From Octopus vulgaris (taxonomy: Eukaryota): a DNA stretch of 64,000 nt. Both the position numbers and the translations under genes were made by a program. The notes under the pieces were generated by a model. The model ran no database searches, was not told the origin of the DNA, and was given only the letters and a program-made list of their open reading frames with translations. Where the stretch lies: the NCBI GenBank assembly GCA_951406725.2, contig OX597818.1, forward strand, positions 16,058,001 through 16,122,000, given 5' to 3'. Positions 63,270 to 64,000 of this stretch are shown in pieces. Position 1 is the stretch's first letter. Every line of letters starts with the position of its first letter.

Positions 63270-64000
63270 GTTACCATCTGACAAGGTGGCTCGCTTGGCC
63301 CTAAAAATATCTTTGACTATAGAGAATAGGCGCTCAGCTGCAGCACTGGATGGGATGGCGGTGTTATACTTGGTGAACAGGTCGATCAAGACCTGTTCAC
63401 CCAAAAAGGCGACTTCAGTAAGGACTTCCTTCGAGACAAGCTTCCAGCCAGGTCTTCGCCAAGTTCTGCGCCTTGGACTTCAGTGACCTCTGGCTCCTAA
63501 TCTCCCGGAACCGAGTGATGTTGCTGAAGAAATCATCTTCTTCATCCTCATTGTTGGTGGTGCTGCTGCCCTCATTGGTCTCCATTAGGGTCTCTATGGC
63601 GTTCGTTACTCTGCTAACCTGGCTGTTATACTGCTCCAACCAGAACAGGTGAAACTTGGGGTGAAAGGCAGCGGCCAGTTAGCACTCCAGATCTTCTAGG
63701 AGGAGCCCAAACCTTTTCGTGATGCCTGCCAGTATCACGTCTACCAGAGGGCTGCAGTATAGATGTTTGAACTTGACCTCCTTCAACTTCATGATGGTAG
63801 CCGCTACAGTTGGCAGAAGGCTCCCGAGATAGGTCTGGTCCTTCCGCTGGATTTTATCCAAGGCCTTGGCAACATTAGACGTCACCTGGGCGTACTCTCT
63901 CAGGAAGCCGACATCAGAATCAGAGAAGGTCCGCAGATTCAGCTGTATTATCACTCTGTGGACAGCTCCCCTATTCTTCTCCAGCAGGCTGTTGAGGAAA
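63270..64000 (-). mobile_element. hAT transposase (C-terminal part, degraded), continues beyond window
   Basis: The minus strand [35 protein letters not shown] matches the hAT C-terminal dimerisation domain; upstream are ALDKIQ...YLGSLLPT and FTPSF-like motifs. Confidence 0.85.

Overview
This is AT-rich, microsatellite- and transposon-dense eukaryotic DNA. The SINE families recognised from memory point to a coleoid cephalopod (Octopus-like). The only host gene I can support is sphingosine-1-phosphate lyase (SGPL1) on the + strand. It has 14 GT-AG coding exons between 931 and 33911 that splice in frame to 540 codons plus TGA; the ATG exon is not identifiable and probably lies upstream. Everything else is mobile DNA: Dong/R4-like RLE retrotransposons in (TAA)n, a Chapaev3-like transposon, piggyBac, mariner, Tc1 and hAT relics, Helitrons, L1/Tx1 LINEs, Penelope-like remnants, MITEs and many SINEs. 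Most short ORFs in the supplied track are microsatellite or SINE noise. The best candidates for a second look are (1) three hammerhead-ribozyme-like motifs in Penelope-type tails, one inside a ~270-bp palindrome just downstream of the SGPL1 stop, (2) a three-tier hAT / LTR-like / Tx1 nest, (3) a SINE tail resembling the Tx1 LINE tail, (4) an ~830-bp duplication flanking a Dong/R4 insertion and (5) a 75-bp minisatellite abutting a splice acceptor. I found no clearly new protein-coding system. All alignments were done by eye.
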